Of a DNA stretch of 64,000 nucleotides, positions 13,954 through 39,033 are shown one piece after another. Numbering within the stretch: position 1 is the first letter of the stretch; each line of letters opens with the position of its first letter. Under the pieces are notes generated by a model that worked only from the letters and a program-made list of their open reading frames with translations, made no database searches and was not told the origin of the DNA. Location of the stretch: contig CAVNZM010000002.1 of NCBI GenBank assembly GCA_963693365.1, forward strand, positions 15,719,615 to 15,783,614, read 5' to 3'. The position numbers were made by a program, and so were the translations under genes. This stretch comes from Amoebidium appalachense (lineage: Eukaryota > Protista > Ichthyosporea).

Positions 13954-14084
13954 GAGTATTTCTATCACGAATCCTTACCAGCTCTTCCTAGTCCAACTAA
14001 TGATAACAGAAGACAAAGAACACCAAAGAACCCAGACACCCGAAACCCCCCCCCCCCCCCCCCTCCCCCGTTGCCTCATCCCTT

Positions 14085-18005
<3,921 letters not shown>

Positions 18006-19664
18006 GCTGGCTATTAGTGTCACAGAGTAGCTAAGAAGCAATCGGTAGAGACCAAGTTTTCCTAAGAGTTTTCGCTGTATACCGACGCTGTTGTTTTCAA
18101 AACTTTTGTAAACACACTAGCCGTGGCCCGTGAGCCCGTGACCTTTTTGTGGAGATGAAAAAATGCACCCAAACTTGTCAGCCAACCAAAAGCGTTCATC
18201 TAGAGTTTCCAAAAACAGATATACACTTTTATGGCTAAGCGCTTGTGATTTTGGTTGGTTAAAAATGCACCAAAGCGCCCGAAGGCATCTGATTGGTCTA
18301 CTAAAAAACCCCGCCATCGCTCTCTGTTTTGAAGTGTGGCACAACGCCTCGAGCTTACTGAACACACAGCAGCACACACACGCGCACAGTTTATACAGAG
18401 TTGACCTTCGCACATTTTCTTAGAGTCGTGTGCGTATGAACTGCCAATCCAACTGCGGTTACTATATCACCACAGATAGCTATGGGAAGGATACGTATAC
18501 AGAAAGCAAATGGACGAGTTAGGGTAGTTTGTAGACGGCGGGGGAGGAGAGAGTGTGAGGAGGAAGGGCCGTACGGGTTTCCAGGGAAGAGGAAAGGATA
18601 TGTGTATGTGTGGGAGGGGGAGGGGGGGGGGAGGAGGAGGGGGGGACATTCGGACTTGGCTGAGGAGTCGAAAAGATGTGGCGTAACGGGTGTGGCGAAG
18701 ATGGGACTGGTCACCCCAATTTTATTGCCTGTTTGTTTCTTAAGTTCGCCATTCTTCATGACACCATGCATGCCGTTTTTAATTCCCTCAAAAAAAATTT
18801 ACCAGGTACCTGATAACGCACCATACAGTCACAATGATTCTTTTTTCAGTAATCGGAAACCAGGGCCTTGGGCGTTGACCTTGTTTGCAGCGTGTATCCT
18901 CTCAATGTGAGTGGCTTTGTTAGCCGTCTAGCCTCGACCCCAGTCAACTCTCGCCCTGCCCTAACCATCTTTGTGTATGCTGCAACATGTATAAAGACTA
19001 TTTGGAAGGCAAGGCCTCCTATTTTTCTGTGAAGGTGGCATCATTTTTGTCGTTTCTGGTGCATTTGTATGTAGACTACTAAGAAAAAACGCGCAAGGGA
19101 GCCCGATGATTATGTCACATGACAAAATCCAATCAAAATAGGCTTTTATGCTTTGTGCCAATTAGATATGAACAATAAAAAATGTAATTGGCGCAACGCC
19201 CCGGGTCAGCTGGACGGTGCTTCAGGAAGTGAAGCCTTGCGCTAAAGAGCCCCACACGTCTATATGTTTACAATACACCATCCTTTGCATGAGAAGTAGC
19301 CAAAAGTGATCTTTATATGCACTATAAATATCACCTGCAAAGCCTGAAACAAACCTGCATGTGCACGGCCCGCCCCGACCGCCCCGGCCGCGGGCGAGCT
19401 GACTGGCAAGTGGATTACAAATTTCTGGGGCTCAATTAGGTCCTCCGTAAATGTTCTATTTTGGTTTTTACACATCCCAGAAAGACTAATCTTGCCCCTC
19501 ATTCCAAAGACTCCCGAAGGACATTTCGTAATTTCAAAAGATTTCCGAATGTACCATGGGGCGCAATGCTTCCGCACGTGGTACATAAGCGCACATCCAC
19601 TTCTTGTGTGCCCCTTTCCCTCTCTACACCCCGTTTGCTCTGTAGAGAAAGCAAAACATCGAAA

Positions 19665-22438
<2,774 letters not shown>

Positions 22439-23736
22439 ATATAGCGCCCAATCGCCTGCGCCCGTCGTCATGTGATCTCTTTGACAGAGAGGGGGCCGGG
22501 TGCCCCGGTGTACATAAAGTCCTGCCACACACGTGCCTGGGCGCGTGTGTGTCTGAGCTCGGCGCCAAACGGGGTTCGTGTGCATTGAGGAACACTGTGT
22601 GTGTGGGTCTTCTCCCTCCCTGGCTTGCCCAAACATATTCACATGCACACCAGCACAAGCAGATTTGCCCTCCCTGCCTCCAAGGCTGGGCTGAGCCTAT
22701 GATTCATGTCTGCGATGTGGTTCCTCTCGCTTTTAATTTTTTGCACATTGTGATGCATGCCATTGACCTTCCCCCCCCCCCCCCCCCCCCAGGCGCAAAC
22801 AAACTCGTGTACACGACAAATGTGCACGGATATAACAAGAAAACCTCGAAAGGGGGAAACTGCTTCGAATTCATGTGGTGAAAACCCCCCACACGTGTGT
22901 ATAAGCCATGCACGTGTGTATAGCAATTGCAAGTTTCCTTGAACGCAAAACAGAGATTGGCTGGCTTGCAACCCGCCGGGTTCTTCACGCGTGTGCTATT
23001 GTGACATGTGTGAGTGTGTGTGCACGCATACGTGTCTGTCTGTGACGGTGTGTGTGTGGCGCGTGTGTGTGTATACGTACGTGTGTGGCCATGGGTGGGT
23101 GTGCCAACGCGGGCGAGGTCACAAACATTTATTAGTAGCAAGCGTGTCGACTGCCGTGTACATGATGTGACTGCAGCTGTTTCTCAACAAGGCTGTGGAC
23201 GTAAGCTCAGTCTCAGACTGTGTATGGAACGTACACGCGCCTGTGTGTGTGTGTTGTGTGTGCAGTGCCACGGTGTGTGACAACTGTGTGTGTGTGTGTG
23301 ACATGTGAGAGTGCGTGCACGCATGTGTGTGTCCGTGTGTACATAGTGACACAGTGACTGGGTATACTAAGAACGGTCCTAAAATACGACCGTTGATATG
23401 TGGAATATTGTGTGCAAGCGGCACTAGTACATGTACATGTACATGGCATTGCGAATTACGGTCGACTACGTATACAGTAGTACGTGTGGGTCGGGTATGT
23501 GTGTGTTTGTGTACGGCACACACGTGTGTACTTAACGCTAAGACTAATATGTGCATACGTACTACTAAGGTACATGTGTGTGTCAATATGCATGCGTGGC
23601 GTGCATGCGCATTTGTACTCGAAGTATGTAAGGAGAGGGCCCGGCCGTGGGTTTGTGTATGTGTGTGGAAATAGAGGGGGCGGGGTGGGGGTGGGGGGGG
23701 GGGGGGGGGGGGGGGGGAAGCGGCGTCGGGAGGGAG

Positions 23737-23778
<42 letters not shown>

Positions 23779-23874
23779 CTCCTTGGATTTCGAACTTCCA
23801 GGACTCATTCAGAACTAGAAGAGCCATATTCCTGTAATTACAACCCCCTCACTTAAGGAGTCCCCCCTCCCCCT

Positions 23875-23906
<32 letters not shown>

Positions 23907-24669
23907 CCCCCCCACACACACACACACACACACCGGCATCGCCGCCACAACACACACTGTAGCTAGAAGAACACTAGAACTAAGAAAACCTAGCCGTAAG
24001 AGCTTGGGTAGCCACAAGAACTTTATATCATCCTGGGTTGAGATCTCACGAGACTTGATCGAACGTGTGCCTTGGTAGCTACCCACACATGTGGGGCATA
24101 GGGGGCCACACAAGGACCAGACCGAATCAAAGTATCTTTTTTTTTTTTTTTTTTTTTTTGCCACCATATATAGTTCTTGTCGTATGCGGACCTGCCGCAA
24201 ATCTTAAATTTTGAAATAGCAGCCCCAGTGGGGGTTATCATGTCTTAACTTACATTCTGCATGAACATACCATAAAAGGAATATCATTCCCCCTAGTAAC
24301 TGTTTCTGGTGACCCAAACCAAAATCACTCCGATAGCACCAAAGCTGAGACATAACTGAATGTGGGCAGGAAACAGTAAACACATGCACAATCATTGCGG
24401 GTTACGGTGCTGCCCTACACCTATGCTTGTGTTCCAACCACCAACACACGGTTTTGTTACGCCGCTCAACAGAACCACCCCTTTTACCCAGCGGTACTGT
24501 ACTATGATAGGTCATTCATCTCATATACTTCTAACGGTTAAACTTTCTCATGATCAATCTTGCAAAAAAATCTGTACATATCTATATTAGATATAGCTAC
24601 AAACATAATATGATATATGCAAATGTACACACACCCACATACACACACGCGCACGCTTGCAGGCAGGGG

Positions 24670-24777
<108 letters not shown>

Positions 24778-24870
24778 ACTACTCTCCCCCCCCCCTCCCC
24801 CCCCCCTCCCCCACTCTTGTTCCTCCTCCTCTTCCTCCTCCCACCCACAACCACCCAGCCCATCCACTCA

Positions 24871-29049
<4,179 letters not shown>

Positions 29050-30118
29050 CTGCCGATTATAAAGAAACCAAGAAACATTAAAAACCGGAGTTTAAAAATA
29101 TTCGGCCCTTCCCCCACCTTTTCCCCTGCACCCCCTACTCCAAGCTGCAACCATAACTAAAACCCATACTCTGCTTCGGGCTTTAATCACTCCTCCGTAC
29201 CCAGCTCCACCCATCCCACCCCCTTTCACCCCTCCCACACTACCACCAGCATAAACAGCAGAACACCTAACTGCCCCTCCCACCCATGTGCACCCACAAA
29301 CACAAAAAGAACTCACGCGCACATAGTCGCATGCACACAGGTGCACTTGCATAAACGGACACACAAACACACACCCTCTGGACCCAACACCATCAGCAGG
29401 ACTGCCATGGCCATCCCTGATGTCAATCTTTTTGAGTAAGCAGTGGATGAACGTTTGATGCCAAAAGGAGAGGGAAGTGTGAAGAAAATGAGGAATTTGT
29501 AACTGGAAACTGAAAGGCACAGAGAAAAAGGGGGCGCTGGTGGAGTTAGGAACAAGGGGAGGAATGGCAAAACGGCAAGCGCGGATTAGACGGGTTGGAA
29601 AAGGGGGGTAAAAGAAGGCTTCGAGCGTTGCGCACCCGAATTAAGGCTTAGAGGAGCTGAGTAAGAAGGGGGATGTGAACGGGCCTGGGGGGCGGGTGGA
29701 AGGGGAGAGGGGGGGGGAAGAGGGGGGAAGGGGGAAGGGGGCGGGGGGAGGGGGGGGGGGGGGAGAGGGCTGGGTTGGATGATGGCTTCAGTCTGGATAA
29801 GGATCAAAGGGCGAGGGGAGGAAGGCCACCAACCGTGCTGCGCTTGACCTGTCCATCTCAAGGATGTGGAGCTAACGTGCCCGTTCCATCCCGACCTTCT
29901 ATGATTTATAGATCTTTCTGTAGGGAACTTAAACCCTAAGACCCTGCAACTCGGTAGCACTTGCTGCACCTAAACCCCATGCGTGTAATCTGTTCTTTCC
30001 CACTCCAAAGGAAAATGAGATGTCGTCGGTTCAATCACGAACGCGCCCCTACGATCCCAACCCCCTGTTGTTTACAGTGAACACCAGAATAATCAGAAAC
30101 ATGTGATGAACTCGAGAT

Positions 30119-30279
30119 GGCTGTCTGAAACTCACATGTATGCCTGTCTGAAACTCATCGTGTGGCTGTCTGAAACTCACATGTACGCCTGTCTGAAACT
30201 CATCGTATATGCCTATCTGAAACTCCATGCCTATCTGTACGCCTGTCTGAAACTCATCGTATATGCCTATCTGAAACTC
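30119..30279. repeat. Minisatellite: ~7-8 copies of CTRTCTGAAACTC (22-25-bp period) between divergent genes
   Basis: Read directly from the sequence. Confidence 0.85.
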
Positions 30280-30580
30280 GTCATCGGGAGTGTGTGTTCA
30301 GCCTACATGTAGCCCACGGCCATCTAGAAACACCATGTAGCCGTGGCTACGTACTTGCCCTACATGTGCATAGTGGCGGCCGCCAGGCAAAATTCGCGCC
30401 AAAATAGAACATTTTGATTGGATTACAAATCACCAAATAACCATTTATGGCTACCTTTTTGTCGTCATGACGTCAGTCCCATCTGAAGCCGATCACCGTG
30501 AGTTCAGTCCTTTCATGAAATTTCAGTGTACACGTCAGTTTCCTCTTTCTTCATCTTCACCAGTCTCCATCATAGAAACC

Positions 30581-31574
30581 ATGGCGCTCTGCTACGGTCT
30601 TTTGTGCGCCAACACTGCCATTCAGTCCAGCGCCGGCCTGATGATGATGACCACCCCCCTTGTCAAGTGGTCCTCTCTTGCTCCCATCACGAGTGTTGCC
30701 GGTCCAAACCTGCCTGTGTTGATGGGCGCCCTAAACACATCCCTTGGTGTCACTACGGGTATGTGACAATCTCACGCATGCACACCTTCACGCATGCATG
30801 CTCATACGCAAATATAGGCGTGTGAGCAGGCATACACCCACCAATGGCTCAGCCTAGCCTTAGCTGTGCACACTGAAAAGAGCATCAGCGATTGCTCATT
30901 GCAATATGATAGCTCATGGCTTAGACACGCGGACAATCGTGTGTCGTGGCATACACACACGCGAGCAGCACGCACACGCACAAACTGCAGGTAAAAAAAA
31001 TGCACACAACGAGATTCACGTGCTGAGCCTCTTGACTGTGCATTGGTGAACTCGAATACACCAAAAAAGTAGCACCGGCCACGGTTGTTGTCCCCCCACC
31101 CCCCCACCTCCCCTCCCTATTTGAGACTCGGATCTACAGTTATTTCCATACGAAATGCGTTATTCGTAGTGTTCACATCTGTTGGTTCACTGAACACAGT
31201 AATAACCAACCTCATTCACCACCACCCCGGGTAAATGTGTCTATATAGATTCGGCAGGTATTCAAACTCTTCGTTTACCCTTTTCTCCCCCTCGGAGTCC
31301 TTCCCCTGCCTGAATCCCCTCCCCCCCCGCTGCGCCCACCCCTTTTTTTCGTTTTCTGGTGTGTTCTTTCTACTGGCGGTTGATGAGTGTGCGCACACCT
31401 CAAAAGACGCACGTGCACACTGTTTGAAAAAAAAAAAAACACAGGGGATATGGAGTTGTGCCCGTGCACGTACACATAATGTATCCACTTACACACCAAC
31501 ATTTTACCAAACTCACAATAACATTAACAGTGACCCACCCCACCTTCCCCCCCCCCCCCCCACCACCACCACCA

Positions 31575-31672
<98 letters not shown>

Positions 31673-31955
31673 CGCTGTCACTTGCTACGGAGGATGAGCC
31701 CTCTGTTGCTGTGGTGGGGGGGGTGGGCTCATACCACGTGCTGGCTGTGGCATACTGCCTGTGGAGAATAATAAATGGTGTGTAAAAAAAAAAATATTGA
31801 TCTAACAATGTTTTAACACTGTTTTTAGTATCTAATATCAGTTTTAATGATGTCTTCAGGGTCCAATATCATGTCGGCATATCGCCTTCTAACGGGATGT
31901 GAAGAGGAGAGGAAAAGGAGCATCTGTGTGTGCGTGTATGTGTGTGTGTGTCTGG

Positions 31956-32003
<48 letters not shown>

Positions 32004-32242
32004 GTTTTTCGACTAGCTGCACCATGCCGTTTGTGGTGTCTGTCGAGCAACTAGGCCTCATCTTTGCTGCACGTACGATTACGTCCAAACCCTCGTTGCA
32101 GATTTCTCCACAACACGCGCATGTGTTTTACCAACAGAAGAAACTGGTTTTTGTCTTGATTGTTTTCTTTTTTTATTTTTTTCTTTCTCTTCGTTTCGTC
32201 TTATGTTTTCTTTTGTAGAGAAGGGACCTGCAGGAAGGGGAA

Positions 32243-32285
<43 letters not shown>

Positions 32286-32504
32286 GATATACATGTGCCA
32301 TTTTGCTCATGGTTGATGCGCACAATCGTGGCAGATGTACATACTTAAAGTTTTACCTCTAACCTGCATCACAATTTAAATTTTAACGTTAACCTGTCAG
32401 GCGACAAGGAGCTCTACCAGCCGTTGGTGGTTCACGGTGCACTGGGCCTTGGGTTTGCTTACATGCTGCTGCCAAAGGAGAAAAAGGAACCGAAGAGGGT
32501 GTGA
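30581..32504 (+). CDS. Small multi-pass membrane protein (128 aa, unknown function); exons 30581-30758, 31673-31777, 32401-32504
   Basis: aaccATGG start. Three GT-AG exons with matching phase-1 junctions total 387 nt. Hydrophobic segments and a basic tail KEKKEPKRV*. Confidence 0.8.
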
Positions 32505-33006
32505 TTTAAAGGACTTTAAAAGGCATAGAAACAGTTAACTGTACAGCCACAAATGGGATGAGATGAAATGGATGCTGTTGGTGGGAAAAGCTAGGTGTAT
32601 GACAAAAGCATACTTTAATTTACCCCCCTCCTCCCCCTTTCCCTCCCCCCCTCCCCCCCCCCCCCCCCCCCCCCCCCTCTCTTTGAAGGCTTATTATTTG
32701 ACCCCGAAAAAACATTAGCAAAAGTCATAAAGGTGAGGTTTGAGATCTATTACCTTACTGGGTTTTTACTTTTGAGCAAAAAAAAAAGGTACATATTAGT
32801 ATTAGCCCCGAAGGGTGGGGATTTTTGAAGACAAATACTTCGGGAAGAAATAAAGGAAACAATCAAACAAGAAAGTGCAGCAGTGGTAAAGTGCATGGCC
32901 TGTGCGGCCCCCATGAAAGGTGCACGTTCGCGGAGTGGGTGTGCCTGTGCCGCATGGTTGTCCACGCATGCATGTGTGTGCGTGTGTGCACGTGACTGTG
33001 GCTGTG

Positions 33007-33078
<72 letters not shown>

Positions 33079-33547
33079 GCGTGTGTGCCCTGTTTGTATG
33101 TGTCGGTGTTGTTTAACGTATGTGTATGTTATGGTGCACACATCTGTCTCTGCGGTGCCCAAGTGTACTAGTTTGCTGCTGCGTGTGTGCGTGCGTGCGC
33201 GTACACATTCGTGTATGTGTGTGTGTACACTGTGTTTTAGGGGGAGTTTTGGTGGTGGTGGTGGTTTGGGGGGGGGAGGGGGGGGGAGGAAGGGGGGAAC
33301 CCAGCCAGCTGCGTTTAGGCAATTCTGTGTGTGGTTGAGCAGCCCATGTGCATGGTAACCTTTGTACCTGCGTGTTTTTTTTTTGTTTTGTTTTTTTTGA
33401 ACTGTGAAATCCAGGCTACGGCAGTGGGAGGGTAGGCCGTACGTGTAAATGGCATGTGTGTGTGTGTGCTTTATTCGACACGGCTACATAATCGAATTCC
33501 TCTTGGGGGAGAGGGGGGAAGGGGGGGGGGGGGGGGGGGGGGGGAAT

Positions 33548-33617
<70 letters not shown>

Positions 33618-33816
33618 CATCTCGCATGTTTTCTTTTTCCCCCCTTCTTTCTTTTTATTCTTTTTTTTTTTTTTTTTTTTTTTGGGGGGGGGGGGGGGGG
33701 GATGCAGTACGAATAAACGGTACGAAGTACAGCTACGCGATGAGAACACGGTGCAGGCCACATGCACTCAAGTACGTAATGGGTGTGGGTTTTTTTCTTT
33801 CTTTCTTTCTTTCTTT

Positions 33817-33857
<41 letters not shown>

Positions 33858-33873
33858 TTGGGGAGGGGGAGGG

Positions 33874-33928
<55 letters not shown>

Positions 33929-34056
33929 GGAGGGGAAAGCTGCGGAGGAAGGTACGAATTACAAACTACACGGGTTGGATGAGGAACACAATACAGGACA
34001 TCACCGTGATCCTAGCATGCGCTAAGGGTGGTTGGATGAGGCAATGGGTGTGTGTA

Positions 34057-34122
<66 letters not shown>

Positions 34123-35117
34123 TGTGTGTGCGTGTGTGTGTGTGTGTTTGGGGGGGGGGGGGGGGGGGGGGGGGGAAGGGGGGAGGGAGGGGAGGGGGGG
34201 GGGGGGGAGGGAGGGGGAGGGGGGAGATCTTGTGCAATGCGGCACCATTCATACTTTGAATCTTTTTATTCGGCCACCATCCAGAAGGCTGCTATGTACA
34301 AAACGGGTCACTGACCCAAATCCAATCATCAGTTCTCATTAGAATCGATATCATCCGAAATTTGCCAAACATGTTCATGGCCATCAAGCAATAGAAAGCC
34401 GCAGATCAAAGAAAAGTTTCAACCACGTGTTTTTCACTTTCAAGAAAGTCATCATGGCACTATATTTTTTTATACATTTTACAGATTTATATATGTGTAC
34501 GTACACGAGTAGTCGATGAAGTGGTGCAGATTGTGGGATATTTGGGGGAAATAACGGTAAAGTTACACTACGCGACAAAAAAAATAGACTACAACTGTAC
34601 AAGCTTATATGTACACATCGCGAATTTTGGTATCCCATTCATTGCAACAACTCTGTCTTCACCACATAACAACTGAACTCTCTTTGGAAAAAATCAAATC
34701 ATCATGCACAATTAGACAGCAACATGCATTTGCAAAAAAAAAAAAAAAAAAAAAAAAAAACTACACGCCATTACATATGCATGACAAGCACCTGTTCCTA
34801 CCAATCACATTCAAAACCCTATTACCATATTTGTCAATAAATGCCATGGTATCCTATATTTATATACAACATTGATGGTATGACGTCATTTCCCACATTC
34901 GATTGGCCAGCAGGAAGGGAGAAACACGTGGAGCCCACGTGACAACTGCCCCATACCTGATTGGCCATTTACATTTTAACCCCAAGCACTTATTCGTCAT
35001 TGGCTCTCGTCTGGAATTGCATCCCGCAACTATCACCACTCGCTGGTTGCTGCGGGCACGGTATGGCACCGTGTAGATTTTGTAGATTTTCGAAAGTGAA
35101 ATTTACGGGAATTTGCA

Positions 35118-38100
35118 TCACGCCATGGCAGATTCCTGGAAATCGAAAAAGTTCATAAGACCCTCGAAATTGCTGATGCCCAGGTTGACTTGAAGGCTCT
35201 CAAAATGCTCCACCTCCAATTCCTCGAGCTCATCGCCGAAATCGAGATCTTCCTCCCCGATTATGTCATCCCCGTCCATCGAATCGCTGCTTACCGTCCC
35301 GCTGTCGGCACTGCGGCTGAGGATTTGGGATTGGGGGTTGGTTAGCAAAGCAAATCAGATCGCACAGATTACTACTCGATTACTGCCCGAGATTCGCTAC
35401 AAATAGTGAGGCTAGAGTGCCGCAGAATGGAACACAGGCAGCTGGAAAAAGTCTGAAACTAAGTCTCCGAAAAGGTGGATGGAGTGGGTGTGTGTGTTGG
35501 GCGGGGGGTGGGGGAAGGGGGGGGGGGGGGAGGGGGGAAGGGGGGGGGGGGGGAGGGTTGGGGGGAGAGGGGGGAGGGGGGGAGGGGGGGGGGGGAGGGG
35601 GGGGCAGGGTAGGAAGAGATATGATACAAAGGGAGGGGGAGGGGAAGCGGATGGGTGGGTGGGTGGTTGGGGGGGGGGAAGCAAGGGTGGGGTGGGGATG
35701 GGGGGGGCCGGGGGAGGGGGAAGGCCAGTGTATGTGAGAGCACACAACTGTGCAAGTAGTGGATTTTGAATTCTCACCTCTCGAGCTGCATCCTGGACTT
35801 AGTGTCGACATTGTGGTGCATCTCCGGTGTTCTCACGTCTTCCATCTGAGTCTTCTTGCATCCCATTGGCTGATCACTCTCCCCTTCGTCCTCCTCCGCC
35901 CTCCTCTTTACTCCCCCCTCCGTCCGTTCTCCTTTGATGTCTTTGGGTTGCTGCCCGTTCCCACCGTTGGATTTGTTGCTGGTGTTAGGCATCGTCTGTT
36001 GAATTGCAATGGGTCAGTAAAGGTGTAATCGCACTGTTGATAGTATAACAGAGAGACTTCTATAACAGAGAGACTTCTACCTATCACATTGCAATGCCAC
36101 ACCAACATTCAGACATAAGGTGATTAAATGATTGTCTCAGTCCAAAAAATGGGACCGAGTTTGAGAGGACCCGGAAGGGCACGAGGTAACGTGTGAGAGC
36201 ACAGAAATGGGGAAAGGGAACAGCCATGGCAAGCATCTGTGTCTCTCAGAACGAGAAATGCAACAGCCACAAATCATTCAGCGAGTGCATGACCTCTTAG
36301 GTCGCATGGGAAAAAACCAAAAAAAGCTAATGGTTGCCTTACCTCATAGGAGGAGCTGGGGGTCATTGTTGGTGTTGGCTTTGCGCTTGGCGGCAGGCGG
36401 ATGCGACCCTTCTGCTGTGGCCTCATGCCCATTGGGCCAAATGCCGCAGACATCGGCATGCCTCCCATGGGTGTGCTGCATATGGTAATGGGTAAACGTC
36501 AGCTATTGGGTGAAGTAAAAAAATGAAGAAGGGACATATATGGTAGTTGTTGTTGGATGCCAGTCGTGACAGATGCAAATTGAAACCAAGATATATTGTT
36601 AATCCTTTGGTGCATGAGTATTAGCACAACCGTTAGCGGGTTTAAAAGAAACTGGAGGGTTGCGGGATAGCGTCCAAAATCTTACGAAAAGAAAGAAGAA
36701 GGGAGGGGGGAAGGGGGGGGGGGGGGTTTTGAATGCGTCAAAAAGTACGAAGTACACAAGAACAAACGGATAACACGATGCAGAATGCAAGCCATACATA
36801 AAGAGTATGCATAATAAGCAGAGCCCATCCTCGGGGGATAGCAGTACCTCATTCCATAGGGCATGGTGGCCATTGGGTTTCGCAGATGACCCATATTCAT
36901 TCCCATTCCCATTCCCATTCCCATTCCCATTCCCATTCCCATTCCCATTCCCATTCCCATTCCCATGCCCATGTGCATAGGGTTCATAGGCCCCATCATC
37001 CCGGGACCCCCCCATCCCATGCCCATTCCTCCCATGCCGCCCATCATAGGACCCCCGCTCATCATCGGGCTGCCCATGTGTGCTGGGCCCATGTGTGGCA
37101 TTCCCATGCATGGAAATTTGCCTTGCGGGGTCGGTAGGTTGGGTGCGTGGAAGAGAGAGATGGAGAGCACTTGGATTGCGTCCGTGGTTACACACCTGTA
37201 CGTGTTTGAAATATATTAGTTGAATTTCAGAAAATGTGAAATGAGAATGCGGAGTGTTCAGATGCAACCAAAAAAAATGGTGAAGAGGGTTTCGCCCGTG
37301 CGTGTACACGAAAGGGAGACATTGTGATTGGTTGGAACGAAAGAGCCAATCCGAGTAGGGTAGCAGTGAGCAAACTGCAAGCATCAACAACTGGAATGGT
37401 AAGAGATAGGTTCGTGAGTGTTTTGGAAGCCGATGAGGGGGTGAGGACAGAGGATGTGGGAAAACGGGAGAGGGGGGGGGGGGGGGGGGGGGGGGGGTGG
37501 ACACTTACATTGGGGGGTTTCCTTGGAGCAAACCACCCACAGAAACCGTACACTGCTGGCCCGATGGAATAAACTTGTTTGCATCCGTGTGCGCAAAGTC
37601 ATAACATTGTGCGGCACACCTTAGCAGACCCGCGTTGTACACTTGGTTGACAATCACCCCCCCAGCAAACACTACACGCAACAGCCAGCCGCTGAGTTGT
37701 TCGTTTGTTGTCATTTTGATGTGTCCGACAAACGACCACCGCGCATTATCGTCCATAAACACTTTGGCTGGGATGAACTCAATCTCCGCTGACGGCTTTG
37801 CAAGTTTGCTGATGTCTACAACGGATGAGGAATTGTTGTCGTTCTGATGGATATGAAAAGGTGTGGGGGCAAGAATGGAAAGAGAAAAGAGAGAAAGAAG
37901 AAGCGAGAATGACGAAGGAGAGGAATTTTGGGGAAATGGGCGAGGGGAAAGTGGGGGGTGTGAAGAGAAAGGGAAAGGGTTAGTTACATGCGAAATACGG
38001 TAGAAAGGTTTTCAGAGACGGTACAGAGCAAACGGTAAGGCAGAAGCCCAGAAACTTTCTACGTGTGCTACCGTAAGGTTTTGTTTTTCCGGAACATATT

Positions 38101-39033
38101 CCTGCAATCGTACAAAGTGTTTGCAGTTTAACAGACTGTGTTTGTGTAGTCTTTTGAAGGCTATCTGTGCACCGGCAACACCATGTTTGTTTGCGATGCT
38201 TGTCTGTGAATGCTAACGGAGGAGCACCCTGCAAACTTACAGGATGGGGAGAGAAATGAATGGGTTGCACTAGGAATGGTGATGGAGCGACACAGCCAAC
38301 ATAACTATGTGCGGGTATAAATTAAAGTTAACAACTTACAGAAATGCACAAAAGTTTAAGCAAGAAACATGCACACAGGCTGACCTTTTTAAAATGTTTC
38401 TGAATTATACAACGTGGTAGACAAGCGCAGAAAAGTGTTGCATTCTACAATAAAAGACGAGGAACAAAGCCTGTCACCGTGCAGGTTGGTCAGTTGTTTT
38501 CGTATAAGCACACACCATTACGACGCTGTGCTTTGCTCGAAACATGATAACCTGTAACATAGTCTATTTCGCGTGTTCCAGCACGAGGTACCAGGAAGAC
38601 TAAAACTTAGTGTAGTTACTTATAGGAGTCCTCAGAATGTATATGATAATGCAAAACCGAGAGAGGAATGGGGGGAGTGTTGCTAAGAGTCGAAGTGGCT
38701 GAATGTGAAATACTGACCCATATATACCACATGGACAAACTGTTTGGGCGAAAATCTGTTTGTGGTAGTAACGAAATCATTTGGCCAAACCACACACGTG
38801 GAACCTACAAATGTAATCGACATGTTTGGATCCGGAATCGAAAACTGTTGTTGATATGGGGGATTTTGTTCATGGAAAACATGCAAATACACTGGCATAT
38901 GTGTATTTGTGTGTGTATTTATATGTTTTTGTGTGTTTATAGCATTTCCTCCCTCTCTGCAACACCGTACCTGCGGACACGGGCCCATGCCGTTGGGTGT
39001 GGTTTGACCGGCTGCACAGACTGCTGACGCCAT
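35118..39033 (-). CDS. ~428-aa protein: CBM2-like domain, Met/Gly-rich region, NLS-like segment, acidic C-terminus; exons 39033-38971, 37843-37509, 37374-37310, 37121-36848, 36475-36343, 35995-35778, 35316-35118
   Basis: Seven exons with mutually consistent phases; branch-like CTGAC/CTAAC before the last two acceptors. WSFVGHIKMTTNEQLSGWLLRVVFAGGVIVNQVYNA...YDFAHTDANKFIPSGQQCTVSVGG resembles CBM2. Exon 3 and the start codon are the least certain parts. Confidence 0.72.
36727..36839 (-). repeat. Dispersed intronic element, copy B (starts ~8 nt after the GT donor of CBM-gene intron 4)
   Basis: Reverse complement matches 21549-21665. Confidence 0.9.

Noticed and set aside
18115-18142. Possible Helitron 3' end (CACGG x3 + CTAG)
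   Set aside because: No subterminal hairpin.
36848-37121. (GN)n reading frame of the CBM-gene exon
   Set aside because: It runs into a stop in the next exon, while the (MG)n frame joins all downstream exons in phase. Not formally excluded as an alternative isoform.
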